Shown piece after piece: positions 28,019 to 42,318 of a stretch of 64,000 nucleotides of DNA. The stretch is from the NCBI RefSeq assembly GCF_009914755.1, contig NC_060927.1. One strand, given 5' to 3'. Each line of letters begins with the position of its first letter. The first letter of the stretch is position 1. The notes beneath the pieces are model-generated. The model was not told the DNA's origin, ran no database searches, and saw only the letters and a list, made by a program, of their open reading frames with translations. The position numbers and the translations under genes were made by a program. The DNA is from the human T2T-CHM13v2.0 reference genome, Homo sapiens.

Positions 28019-28319
28019 ATAATTTTATTGCAATGTATTTATCTTCATTACTTAAAATAGATGCTAATTTATTTTAAAATAAGACTACCTTGAATGAGTA
28101 TGAATATATTTTTATTTAAATTTTGATACAACTGATAGTTTAATACTATTGGTTATAGATTTTTTATCCTGACATTGAAAAGTTAAAGAAAAAACATTTT
28201 GTTCTACTGCATGTCATGGAATAAACACATCGTTTTGAATTTTTCAGTTTTTCACATAACAAAGAAAAAAATTAACTCTTGCTATAATGCTAGAATAATA
28301 CATTATTTTACAAGTAATT

Positions 28320-28900
28320 TAATAACAGAATTTTTCTAATTGTATACATTATCATTGTAGGAAAGTTAGAAGATATAGAATAACATAAAAATAAAAGTCA
28401 TGTTTAGCTTCCCCGGTCAAAAATCATTATTTTAACATTTGGGAACTTTATTTTCTACTTTTTTCATTCATTATACACACATATATGTGTCAATCCTGAT
28501 ACTGAAGTCATGATGTGTATAGTACTTTGTATACAGATCTTTCACTTAATGTCATAGCATAGTAGTTTCCTACCCAATTAAATATTTTTCTAAAACATTT
28601 TAATATTTGTATAATACTACAAAATATGGACATACGCTGATATAGTTAACTAGTCACCAAATTGGAAAATTGAGCTTTTTCTGATTTTTTTAGTATCATA
28701 AATTACACTGAGATGAGCATTCAATATGTGAATCTGAGAAATTTCCCATACTCCTAGAAGTGGTGCAACTGAAATACACGTATGAACATTTTTTAATAGT
28801 CTAACTACCTGTTATCAAATATTTCCCAGAAAACATAACAATTTACAATACCACCAACTAGGTATGAATATATATCACCATAACCTCAGAATGGGGTATT
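28320..28900 (-). mobile_element. Old L1M (L1ME-like) 3' end fragment
   Basis: tacattatcattgtaggaaagttagaa...attattttaacatttggg...ctttcacttaat...cctagaagtgg resemble antisense L1ME 3' ends. Confidence 0.5.
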
Positions 28901-28907
28901 TACTAAA

Positions 28908-29205
28908 TTTTTTTTTTTTCAGACAGGGTCTCACTCTGTCCCCCAGGCTGGAGTGCAGTGGTGTGATCTCGGCTCACTGCAACCTCCCACTGCTAGATTC
29001 AGGCAATCCTCCCACCTCAGCCTCCTGAATAGCTGGGACTACAGGCCTGCTCCACCACTCTTGGCTAATATTTTTTACTTTTTTACAGAGATGGAGGTCT
29101 CACTATACTCCCTAAGCTGGTCTCAAAACTCCTGGCCTCAAGTGTTCTTCCCACCTTGGCCTCCTAAAATGCTGGAATTACAGGCATGAGCCACCACACC
29201 CAGCC
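28908..29205 (-). mobile_element. AluJ
   Basis: agacagggtctcactctg, aatcctcccacctcagcctc and actcctggcctcaagtg are J-type features. Short TSD taaattt. Confidence 0.92.
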
Positions 29206-29730
29206 TAAATTTAAGCAGAAAAGAAAGATTTACCGTAAGGATCCAGCTGCCACATGCAAGGGCCAGGATGCAACTGTGCCTGAAAATTGTACTTTTAACA
29301 TTTCTGCTCCCATCGGACAGTTGCTTCATTCTTCTATTTAAAGGATTTCAGTGCTTCTGAAGTTCATACAGGGCAGACCGAAGTGCTCATTCTGGTCAAA
29401 TAAACTGTGGCCAAAGGGTTGGAGTTATGCGTAAAATAATTGATGGTTGCTGTGGGCAAGGGGGTGTCATCTCAGAGAGAGGCCTTGGCCACTGGGCAGA
29501 ATTTCCACAAAGCAGACTATATTACCTTCACATTCCCAAATATAAAGTTTTTGTGAACAAATATGGTTCCATATGCCTTATATTATTTATATTATTTTTA
29601 TATTATTTTTAATTTCATTAATGTAATGCCAGCCACTCACCCCAAAGGTCTTCTACTATTTTCACAAAGGATCACCTCAAAAAAATAAATTTTACCTTAT
29701 CCCAAGTGATAGCATAAATATCCTATATAA

Positions 29731-30145
<415 letters not shown>

Positions 30146-30770
30146 TACTCAATAGTCATTTTAATCCAAGTGATTGTAAGCATTTTAAACTTGCTGAACT
30201 ATTTCATAGGTTATAGTTGGCAAGATTTCTGATAGATAATTGTATTTAGATATCCCCTATATCATGTATTTATTAATGGTGTTAATAACATGTTCCATTC
30301 ATCAAATTATATTGGGATTTTACCCCATCTCACTTGTGAAATAGATGTTACTAACCTTGATGATTATTCTTTCTTTTTCAGTGAGATCAACATAATCTTG
30401 GAGTTGAGACCCTACTTACCAAAATGTTAGGATAGGATGCCATTATGTATTCTTCATGAAAATATTTACAGGTTAGGTAGACTCCTTATTTTTGGTACAT
30501 TTAAAAAATACATACAGAAAAGAATATTTACCATAGAGATCTAGGTGCCCAACAGAATGCAAAAGCTACATTTATATTAAAATATATATTTCAATATACA
30601 CCCATTTACACCCATTTCTGAGGTGTAAATTTCAATATACACAATATTAAAATTTACCTCATTCTAAGCTTTTGGGGAAAAAAAGGCTAGTCATTTCTAA
30701 TGCTGGCTCTTTCTCATTGTGGAAATTCATCTTTTTGGACATCAGTTACATCATTTTTCAAGTACGGTGA

Positions 30771-31131
<361 letters not shown>

Positions 31132-31949
31132 GTGAAGGCTTCTATTTAGTTAATAATTCACTCATTCATGGATTTAATAAGTGTTGTATTGTTTCCCTAC
31201 TCTGTGCTGGGTAACAAGTGCTGTGTAACATATAGCAGCTTAGCATGTAGGATAAACTTGTTGCTCAGCTGCTGTGAGCAGTGTGAAGGAGAGCCAAGTG
31301 AGAAGCAGCTTGATTGCAAATCACAGAAAGGCTCTCAGAGTTTTGATACCACAGGTTTTTCAGTTTCATAACTCTGTATACTGGTGCATTTTTTTCCAAC
31401 AATATGTGCCAATCTAGGAAGCCCAAGAAGAGAAAATAGATTGAAGCAGGTCACAAAAGTGTGAATGAAGAAAACAAGTTTCAAGGAATTTCGGATACTT
31501 GGTATGAAGAGTGAGATATCTGAGGGTAAAGAAAGTAAATCAAGAGTAAGAGAGATACAGAGAGACTGAGTGGACAGGAGGCTGGAAGCAGTCACACACT
31601 GCCCCCAAGGCCAGGGTTCAGACCTCACAGGAGAGATACATACAGTCAGGGCCCCAGGACCATGTTGGATCCACTGGACCCAGACCAACCAGAGGAAGAG
31701 GGAACCCAAATATTAGGGTGGGAAGCAAGTCATAAACAGTAGACAGAATGGTATGGGGCAAGCCCTTAACCATATGGATTTTATATAGTTCAGGCTGTAT
31801 GACTGTATATTGGAGCTAATCAGAGAGTCAAATTTTCCAAATTCAAAATCTTGACTGAGTCAGTTAACATATGACATCTGTAACTATATCCAGTCTTGTC
31901 TACTTGTGTAGTGAACACTCATGGAACCATCTGAACAGTGTCCATTCTC

Positions 31950-32360
31950 CCCTCATCGCAGGAATAGTTCTGCCCCACTCAGGGACAGCACCACCTCAGA
32001 ATGAACCATTTTCCTACCTAACTCCATCCCCAGGCCACAGTTAATTGGTCCAGGCTTGAAGTGGACCAATCACAGTTTTTCATGAGGATTTTTCAAACAG
32101 GCGCTGATGAAGAGCTGGCCCCAGTGTTGGCATTTCTGAGACGTAAGCTCAACACCAGCCACATCTCTCACCACGTGGAAGAAGCTAGTCTGCAACAGAG
32201 TGAAGTAAACAGAAAAGGCAAGAGAGCCCTGAAGGTGCTTGAGTCCTTGATTCTACCTGCGTCTTATGTCCAGCTAAATCCCTGCCCACTCCTCTCTAAT
32301 CAAGGGACCAGAATACAGTGATCTATAGCTAAGATCTGCAAGTGTTTCTTCCCGCTTATG
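31950..32360 (+). mobile_element. Ancient MaLR LTR remnant (MLT1J/K-like)
   Basis: ggccacagttaattggtccagg...gaccaatcacagt...cagccacatctctcaccacgtggaagaagc. Confidence 0.45.
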
Positions 32361-33949
32361 ATCAATAAGAATTTCCCTTTTGTAGTGTCCAGCACATCAT
32401 CCATTGGCCACCCAGCAGAAGTGATACCGTCTACATCCCAAAACTTATTGGTCCCTATCTTAATAAGGGGTCACAAGTGCTACCCCACTTCCATATGTCT
32501 CCTTGTGAGATGGTAACAGCCAGGACATTCAATAGTGTGTGTTAAGGGGGAAGAGGTGTGGAGATATAGACGTACCAATAGTGAGAGGGGGCTGAGGCTA
32601 CTACACTATCTACTATTGCAAATTATTGTAAACTGAAGTCTCTCCCTGAGATGGCACAGGGGTAAAATACACTTCTGTTGCATGAGCAATTATAAAAAAT
32701 ATGATTTAGACCATGAAATCATAAGCAGAGAGAGGAAATTAGTGCTCCTCACCACTTGAGGGCCCAAATGCATGGCTTGCATGTTGCCTGGGCTCTCTTT
32801 ACCTGACAGTGACCTGGGAGTTCTCTGGGTATCATAGAGCCAGTGAGCACAGCATCCAAACCTGCCAAAATCCAATGGAAAAGGCCTTCATTTACCAAGC
32901 TAACACAACTTACATGAGAAATTATATAACTGAAGTTGAAAAGATGCATTTCAACAATCAGGAAGAGCCAGAATTAGAAATCAGACTGTTTTTTTTTTCC
33001 AGAAGCTGAGAATAAGAGAAGTTAGCTTTAGTAATATTTAATTCTAAATCATTCCTATACTAGGAAGCTTTGTATAATAATCCTTTAAGAGTTTAAAGAC
33101 CATGAGATTTACCCTTCAAGCAGTGTAATAGGAAAATATTTATCTATATGCACAAGAGATGTAAATTTGATGAAAAAATGATGTTAATTTTAAAACTATT
33201 AAAAGCCAGTTTGCTATTATGATTATTTTGCTTCAAGTATCCAAATGATGATGAGCCAAATATGCCCCTGAGCCCAGTTCTTGATTCATTCCACGTCCTA
33301 TAAAGATTCTTTAGAAAAATTGAACAAGATGAGAAATAGGGATCCTGGCTCAACCTCCCAGTGAGTTGGGATTTATCTCATGGAACTTTTTCCCAAGCTT
33401 GATGAAGTTCTGCTGTGCCATATGGACATGTACAGTTGCTAAATGATAATTTTCCAAAAATAAGCTTCAATTCTCCAAAATGGCAGATAGAAAGCAGCTG
33501 GTGTTACTCAACAGAGATAAGCCCTCCTAGAGCTCACCACAGAGAGGAGAGCATCATGTCTGCAGATGCCACAGCAGATCTGCTGAGAATCAGCCAGCGC
33601 CATGTGACACAAGAACCCACAGATGCGGATTCGTCCTGACTGGTGGCTTTCTTCTGGCCATTGCTGTTACAGAGAAGTTTCTAAGCAGTACTCAATGCAC
33701 ACAAAACTAAGTAGAGGCTATATAGGCAATTCTTCAAATAAGCAATCATTATTCTCAGTAATTCTTGTAGTAAGTGGATGGTAGGAGGAAAAAAAAAATA
33801 CCTTTCCACTGATGATATCACCTTTATAGCTATTTCTTGAGTCTCCCTATCTTTTCCACCTTCTTCAAGAAATAGTCCCCTATTACAATTTGCATGCCCA
33901 CTCTTGCTGCAGAATTTGTATAGGGGCTCAACTCTCATTATTGCCAACT

Positions 33950-34370
33950 ATATGATTTGGACCATGGATGTGAGAAGACTTCAGCAAATCAATCCATCAC
34001 ATTCCTCTGGCTGCAATGAGTTGGGCACATAACCTAAATGAACACAATTATGGTGAATTTCCTGGTTTTGCCAGGAGCTATCAGACAAAAAGCTTGTTCT
34101 TTCCCACTCTATAGTGGATGTGAGGAGTTGTTGTAGCCATTTGTCACTCCAAAGGAGAGGTGGTGTTTCCAGAAGTTGTCACAGTGTGTACTTATACCAT
34201 AAGTATGGAGCCAACATAGTGAAAGACCGGACAAAGAATGGAAATGAATCAAGTCCTTATGACATCATTGGAGAGTTGACTTTTTGTGCTAGAAATTTGC
34301 ACTGTCCTCCAGATCTCCCTATCTTAAGCAGTTGGGGATGGGTTTTCTGTCAAAATTATCCACGAGAATT
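33950..34370 (+). mobile_element. Ancient MaLR LTR remnant (MLT1K/L-like), followed by an antisense MIR (about 34390-34640)
   Basis: gggcacataaccta...gtagccatttgtcac...gagccaacatagtgaaag...gtccttatgacatcattgg. Confidence 0.45.
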
Positions 34371-35584
34371 TAATCTTCTGCAAAATTATTATAGTTATCA
34401 TTTATTGAGTTCTGATTATAGGACAGGCATAGAATTCTCTGCTTATATGCATTATATTATTTAATCCTCACAACACCCAGTCATGCTATTTCTGTTATTA
34501 TCCTATGAGACAAAAAAAAAACACAGATTTTACATAATCAGTCCAATGTAACATGACTGGTAAATGTTGGTGTTGACATTTGAAATCAGGCATTCTGACT
34601 CCAGAATCTGTGCTCTTATTTGCTAAGCTATGTTGCTTTCCTCTGCTCCTCACCTCTCCCCTGACCCCCCAAAAATGGCATTACAAAATATGAGTCATGT
34701 AGGTACTTTCCAATATATTATCCAAGCCTATTTATTCAAAATCAATACAGTAATATTTTACTTTGTCTGAAACCGATCTCACTGGATTTCAAGATAGAAT
34801 TTTAATAGTCTTTGTCCTTGAAAATTGGGCTCACTAATGGAAAGCACTAATTGACCTTAAAAAGCATAACACTGGATTTTACATTTATTGTAATGTGATT
34901 TTGGATGAGCTTATATTGGGTCTAGCAAATAAACAGGCTACAACTGTTAACTGTCATAGTAATTAGTTAAATGCTCTGGTCCTTTCTGCAGCCAGGAATT
35001 TAGATAGCACTTACTAAATGGGAGGGGAAAGGAAATTCCTAAATTTATTTTCATATCAAAGTTTTAACTTCTTACAGCCTAACAGAATGATGTTCTTTAA
35101 AATATATATGTTTTAAAGAAACTACATTATATTCTGAGAAAAATTTCCTTTTAAGGTGTGCAGTACAGGTTTGGCAACAGATTTTGGTGAAGAATAGAAC
35201 TGGAATAATTAAAAGTATGACTTATTTCAACTGTGCACAGAGACCCAGAGGATAAAGATGTTATGATCATACCATGAGTCCTAAGGACAGTTGTAGCAGC
35301 ATCATTGAACACTACCTCAACATGGATGCTATTTAAGACCTTGAGAGGTAAGGAGAGAGTTGCAACAGAAAAGATAAAAAATGCTTACTGCTTCACCTTT
35401 TGCTTCTGGCTGCAGAACAAGTAGAAAGGAGCAATTACACCCAAAACGTTAAAAAAAAAAAAAAAGCAATTAGGCTAAAGGCTGAGGAAATGATCATAAC
35501 ATGATGGAAGTTCCAGCAGCCAAGATGAATCAGAAAGTAGCTATGTAGCCTATCATGATAGGAAAGCTGGGCATAGACATAGAT

Positions 35585-36010
35585 CAGTGTTTTCCAACCA
35601 AGTGTGGGCCAGGAGTGGTGGCTCACGCCTGTAATCCCAGCTACTCATGAGGCTGAGGCAGGAGAATCACTTGAACCTGTTAGATGGAGGTTGCAGTTAG
35701 CCAAGACTGTGCCACTGCACTCCAGCCTGGGCGACAGACCAAGACTCAGTCTCAAAAAAAAAAAAAAAAAAAAAAAAAAAACCCCAAAAATGGAAAACCA
35801 ACCAAGTGTGATTGGCCAAATCCCCAGGGGACATTTGGCCATGTCTGGAATCACTTTTGGTTGTCGCAACTTGAAAGAGGAGAGTGCCACTGGCACTTAG
35901 TAGGTAGAGGCCAGGGATGCTGCCAAACATCCTGCAATGCACAGAACAGTCCCACACAACAAAGAACTATCTGGTACAAAATATCAATTGTGCCAAGGCT
36001 GAGGTCCCTG
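35585..36010 (+). mobile_element. MER20 interrupted by a monomeric Alu
   Basis: cagtgttttccaacc | ccccaggggacatttggccatgtctgga...gtagaggccagggatgctgccaaacatcctgcaatgcacag...ccaaggctgaggtccctg. Confidence 0.88.
35607..35797 (+). mobile_element. Monomer-length Alu (left-arm start joined to right arm) with long A-tail and perfect 13-bp TSD
   Basis: ggccaggagtggtggctcacgcctgtaatcccagc|tactcatgaggctgaggcaggagaatc...agtctc plus A28. TSD ccaaccaagtgtg at 35594-35606 and 35798-35810. Confidence 0.93.
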
Positions 36011-37312
36011 AGGTAGATGAGGAAGGGAAGAGCACCATGTGAATGCTGCAGTAAATTGTGCTAAATAATGAAGTGCCAGTCTCCCAGTTCTTATAACCTC
36101 TAAAGTGTCTCTCCCTCTCTCTTTTTCCTGTGCTCACACTCACTTTCTCAGATTGCATTACATGTGAACTTCATCCAAATGACCTAATTCATGGGGAAAT
36201 TGTGTTAAAAAAAATTGGGGGGGCAGGCAGTGTCATTTCTGGGGCTAAGTAGACAAGTCTATTAAGCTTCTGCAAAAAAAAAAAAAAAAAGTTTATTCAC
36301 TCATTAACGTTAGGAACAAAGGCAGCTGGTAGCATGGGATAAACCTAAAGGGTTATAACCCACTTCCATGGGAGACAAAATGAAGGTGTGGGTTCCAGTG
36401 GGAAACTAATCCTCAGAGAAGACACTAAGTGCAGAAATAAAACATGTAAGCATGTGGTGCTGCTGGCTGCTCCACCAGGACACTCTACAGTATCTTAGCA
36501 TTTGCTATGAGTCTGATGAAAATTTTTATTGAACAAAATCAAAGGTGTATTTTATTTTTACTCTAAATATTTCCATAGGGGATTTGAGTGGCTTTCAATG
36601 AAAAGCACATTAAAACAGGGTAATATAAAAGAAACCAGACAGATGAATCACAAAAAGGAAGAAGCAAAACCATTGACTGTACAGACAAAAAGGTGTTGTG
36701 ACAGATAAGAATATTGGGTTCACAACTTCTTGCAGCCAGGTTGAAAAGGCATCACTAAAACTCCAGTTCTTTTTATCAAAACAAGTGCAGAACAGGTCCC
36801 CATATGGAGCAGTCTTTTCGACATTGAATTCCTAAGGAAATTTCTCACGTTGGACTGTGGATAGAGACATAGAGTCACAGAGGGATCGTTTTTAAGCATC
36901 ATTTTTTATTTCAGCCTGATTCTTAGTTGGTTGTTCTCGGAATGTTCTTCTTAAAACCCAAGAGCATGACACCAATTCAATGAAGCTTGGTGATGTAAGG
37001 GTATCCAGCACTGTGAGATAAGAGTCACCCAATGGTGTACTTGACAGGCACAGCAATGTCCTTATGATGTCAATGGGGACCTCTGGGTCCACTGAAACCT
37101 TAGATAAGATAGGCTTAGACTCCCTGAAACAGTGCAAGATCTCCAGAAATTTCCACAGAAGCCTGAGGAGCTTATGTGTTCGTGGTCTCCTTTAGTTTTT
37201 GCCATCTGCTTTTCCAGTTCAGTTTAGAGATTATGATCTCACTACTCCACACTGTAAGATGCCATATTATTCCATGGCTGTAAGATGCCGTATTCCATGT
37301 GAAACAGCTCCA

Positions 37313-37316
<4 letters not shown>

Positions 37317-37352
<36 letters not shown>
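37317..37352. repeat. (CA)18 microsatellite, probably the classical AGTR1 3'-flanking CA marker
   Basis: Perfect CA run about 9 kb downstream of the poly(A) site. The marker identity is from memory. An imperfect 26-bp duplication lies just upstream at 37252-37299. Confidence 0.9.
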
Positions 37353-37355
<3 letters not shown>

Positions 37356-38295
37356 AACAGCACACTAACATGCTATGTCATTAGGGATTACCTTTGATTC
37401 AAAAAGTCCTTTGTCCCTTGGAACATTTCTCCTCTGGACTCCATGCAGTCCCAGACTTCACTCCATCTCACAGATCATTCCCTTCCTTCTCTGCATCCTT
37501 TCCTTTTTTATCACCAACTCCCTTGAAGAAGTAAATCCACTTTGTATTTCCTCACCCCTAGCACCCTAGCCATTCGTCTCATTAACTACTCCCTTCTGAA
37601 TGTCACACATCCTTTCTTTCCTGCAAAGTTTCCTCTTCTCCCACAAACAGACTTTCAGGATATTTTCTTAGAGAAATTCCAGGCCACACTATGCAGATAA
37701 TGAATTCTTCACCTCGTCACTATCAATCCAATGGTTCTCAAATAGTAGTACCCAGTGCTAATGGTGGGAAGCAAAAAATTCCTCAAGGAATGAAGTGTCT
37801 TCATATTTTGATTTATTAAGAATCCTTGCTCCATCAAACCCCATGTTTTCCTGCCTATCTGATGCATCACCTCCTGCTGCTTCTATTTGACAGGGACGAC
37901 CCAATGGTTCACGTGTGGCAGGGCCCCTGTGCCCTGTGTGAGCATTCACCCTGAAGGCATGCTCATGGGGCTCATCCAATGGATGTTTTTAAGTCCAACA
38001 ACCTTCTCAACTTTTTTCTTATCAAATTCAATTAACACATCACTGGACTTAGTTTTTATGTTCTCATATCCACAGATTTTGTAAAATTTAAAACAATATC
38101 TTCATTGTAAAATGTAAATCATTATGTGCTTAATACATATAATTACACATTCTAAATAACCACTTTCTCTATTTACACATACAGGCGTAAAAATTGTCAA
38201 TGTTATTCATATAACCACGCATTTTTTAAAACTACTGGGGGTAGGTGACTAATTTTACAGATATTAAAAATTAACTTTTGTTCCTTTGAACTATA

Positions 38296-38824
38296 TGTTA
38301 TGTATAAAATTTCGGTGCCACCAAAGAAATAGCACTTGAATATAAAATTTTCTTTTTAATTCTCAGCAAGGCAAGTTACTTCTATAGAAGGGTGAGCCCT
38401 TACAGATGGAGCAATGGTGAGCGCACATCTGGACAAGGGAGGAAAAGGGATTCTTATCCCTGACGCACATGGCCCCTGCTGCTGTGTTGTTCCCCTGTTG
38501 GCTAGGGTTAGACTGCACAGGCTAAACTAATTCCGATTAGCTAATTTAAAGAGAGTGATGGGGTGAGTGCTTTGGCAGGAAAAAAATGGTTATGCAGGGT
38601 GGAGAATAATGAGTCAGGGTGGAGCAGGTGATTGGAATGAGTCTGGGTGGAGCAGGTGATTGGAATGAGTCAGGGTGGAGTAGGTAATCGGAATGAATCA
38701 GGGTGGAGTAGGTAATAGAAAAAGGTTACTTTACGAGGAAGTTAAGTTTAAAAGTAGAAGGCAAAGAATTGAACATACTGACATATTAATTCTTTGAAGA
38801 GAAATTCAGAATTCATATTTAACG
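38296..38824 (-). mobile_element. Solo LTR10A/LTR10F-type ERV1 (HERV-I related) LTR
   Basis: Minus strand begins (c)GTTAAATATGAATTCTGAATTTCTCTTCAAAGAATTAATATGTCAGTATGTTCAATTCTTTGCC and ends ...CACCGAAATTTTATACATAACA. 4-bp TSD tata at 38292-38295 and 38825-38828. Internal 28-bp array. Confidence 0.85.
38608..38719. repeat. 28-bp x4 tandem array with AP-1 motifs inside the LTR
   Basis: aatgagtcagggtggagcaggtgattgg units start at 38608, 38636, 38664 and 38692. Perfect TGAGTCA at 38610 and 38666. Confidence 0.95.
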
Positions 38825-39456
38825 TATATGTTATTTTTATAACTTCTAATAGTAACAGCCATATCCAGATGTTGTTAGAAGCAATAATGTAAAGGATGCA
38901 ATCCACACCCTGTGCTTATCTAGATTTTTTTTTACTTAAGAATATCAAAAACTTGCATCAAAAAGTATATTTTTCTGATGAGAGCCCAGAACCCGCTCTT
39001 TAGATGAGAGAACCCAGTATTGCTCCCCCTTATTTTCCCTCTCCGTATTCAATGCCTTCCAGAAAAGTTATGACTCCAAATTAAATTTGAAATTATTCTC
39101 TGAATCCTTTTTCCAAAAAGTCCTTGTTATTTTCTTATTCAAGATATAAACCCAAGGTGTTCTACTTCAAGAAAAGAGATCTGTAATTTTTTTTTTTTTT
39201 TTTTACCTGAACCCAGCACCATGATCTGGTGACTATATTGGGAAGGATTCTGGAATATTGCTCTAAGCAAATTCAGGAGTAAGTATAGGATATACTACCT
39301 ACACGCATTTGGGGCTCATTCCAAAGGTTGCCTGGAGAAAAACACCAGGTTAGAATTATGTAAATAACTAACACCTGGAGTCTTCTGCCACTCTCATTAG
39401 ATCCAGGTAAAACTGCTGTGACTCCACCTCATCAACCCTAAAATCCATAAAGGTCT

Positions 39457-40220
<764 letters not shown>

Positions 40221-41614
40221 CCCACAGCCTGGAGGAGCGCTTAGCTCCTCCGCCACCTCCTCTTTTTCCCCTTCTCCTTTCTTCTCCTGCTCCCCCATGG
40301 GCTCCTCCTTTAGCACAAACTGCTTCCATTCTACACCACATCGCCCTGGGGCAAAACACAGCTCTTTCTTCACTGTGCCTAAGAAACCCACTCACATCAA
40401 GTGCTTTTGTGTTTCACTCAATCTCCTCAAAAGGGGAGGAAGGTGTGCCGCATCCTGGAGTGTGGAGCCCTCTCTCGTTTCCCTAGCATCATACTCTTCC
40501 CCTCCTCCTTTCTATTCCTCCTCTCCATTCTGGATGCTGGAAGAATCTCCAAATTTCTTCTTAAGCAAGGTGAAAAAATGAGTTGGCTTTCCCCAGATTT
40601 TTTTTCCAAATCCTGAAAACCTACATAGCCCACAAGAAAAAGAACACAAGACTTTCCTATAAAAGAATTCACCTTTCATAGAAAACACTTGAAATTTAAA
40701 GTGCTGGAGTGATATTCCTGTTTCCTATAGATTGAAAAAAGAGACAGGGGGCTTCAAATAATCATAATCCAAATATTTTTTGAGGCCCCAAGCAATTCTT
40801 TTTTCCTATTGTGAAAAATTGTCAAGTCATGAAAACATAAGCACACAATCAGTATTGTTTCATGACCAAACTTGTCATGAAGTTATCCTGACCTAAATAC
40901 ATACTCAGATCATTCATTTTAACTTTCTATGTACAAACCTGAACAAAAGGAAGATCCATCTATCTGTCTTCTGTATTGACACAACTGGCTCTCTTAAAAC
41001 TCTCTCCTCCCTAGCCTTCATGGATACTACACTATTCCGGATTTCTGCCAACATTCAGCCCACTCACATCTCCCCTTGTTTTGTACCTCTTCTGTCTCCT
41101 GTTTACCTGATGTAGGTGAGTACCAACACTAAGGAAGGAAGAAAAGGTATGTAGCTTAAACCCTCCCTGACTAAACAGCCTGGTGAAGACACTCCTGCCA
41201 TCAATGGTTGACTCAAGTGCCACCCAGACTGTTGGCACTCGACACTGAGTTCTTCCCTCATCCCCTGCCCTCACTGACACTGCTGGACCAAGAGACCTGA
41301 GGGTAGGTTTATGGTGACAGCCCCAGAATTTTCCCCAAAACCTGCTGGCTTTTTTGCAGCACCAATTCCATGTTCAGCTGCTGGGCAACCAAAAAATAAC
41401 AAACGAGCTCTCCAAAACACATTTGTTACCAAGAAGGAAAGGACAAGTTAAAAAATGATAATGATGAGAGTGCATTCTGGACACAATGGGAAAGTCATGA
41501 CAGTTGCTGTTGGTGTCGGCCTACTGCCTGCCTCTGCATTGGGCTCCTGGCCTTCCTTCCTGTGGCCTCTTTCCCCACATCTCTTCACTAACCAAAGAGG
41601 TAACTCTTGGCTAA

Positions 41615-41710
41615 TCTCTTACTTACCACAAAACTTAATTTCATAAATCCTCCCCCCCGTCTCTTACTTACCATAAAACTTAATTTCATAAATCTTCCCC
41701 CCGTCTCTTA
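41615..41710. repeat. 45/44-bp tandem duplication (2.2 copies)
   Basis: tctcttacttacca(c/t)aaaacttaatttcataaatc(c/t)tcccccc(c)g at 41615-41659 and 41660-41703, plus tctctta. Confidence 0.95.
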
Positions 41711-42318
41711 TCAAGTCAGATTTCAGTTACGTCAAAAGGCTCAAATAAACCTTCATATGTTATAAATTTTAGGAAAAGAAAAGTCCTGAGTAAGGTCTTC
41801 TCCAACCCCCTTATTTTACAGATGAAGTAAAATAAGTCCAATAAGACACCAAGTCCCCAGTAGGTGAGCCCAGGCATAGAGGAAGGTTTTCTGCTTTAAC
41901 ACAGGACAACGCTTTAAGAGCAACAGACCTTTAGAAATAGAATCCCAACTCTTAAATATCAGACAGAGAGGAGAGAACTTTGGAGCAGAAGATATTTCTA
42001 GGGCTCTTAAAATCACACCTTAGGCCAGCCCTGAGAATAGAAAAAGGCAATTAAAAAAAATGACAAATCACCCCCACCCAGGGGATCTGAAAAAGGGGAA
42101 AAGGGGAAGGTAGATTTGCAAGTAATTAGGAAGGAGAGGCTTAAAGGTTCATGCAGAAGCCGCTGTAATAAGCCATCCCAGCTCAATAGCAGCTTGTCCT
42201 ATTTAATTCTTCACAGTGACAATGCCTACTTGCCCCCAGGGGTTACACCTTCCAGCTAGAGAGACACTGAGCAAAGCAAAGGGCCTGTGGCAGCGAGGAA
42301 TCCAGTCTGCTTCTACCG

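Noticed and set aside
38608-38719. 28-bp repeats (and the 29-bp repeats at 9372) as a CRISPR-like array
   Set aside because: The units are head-to-tail with no unique spacers, there are no cas genes, and the context is a mammalian genome.
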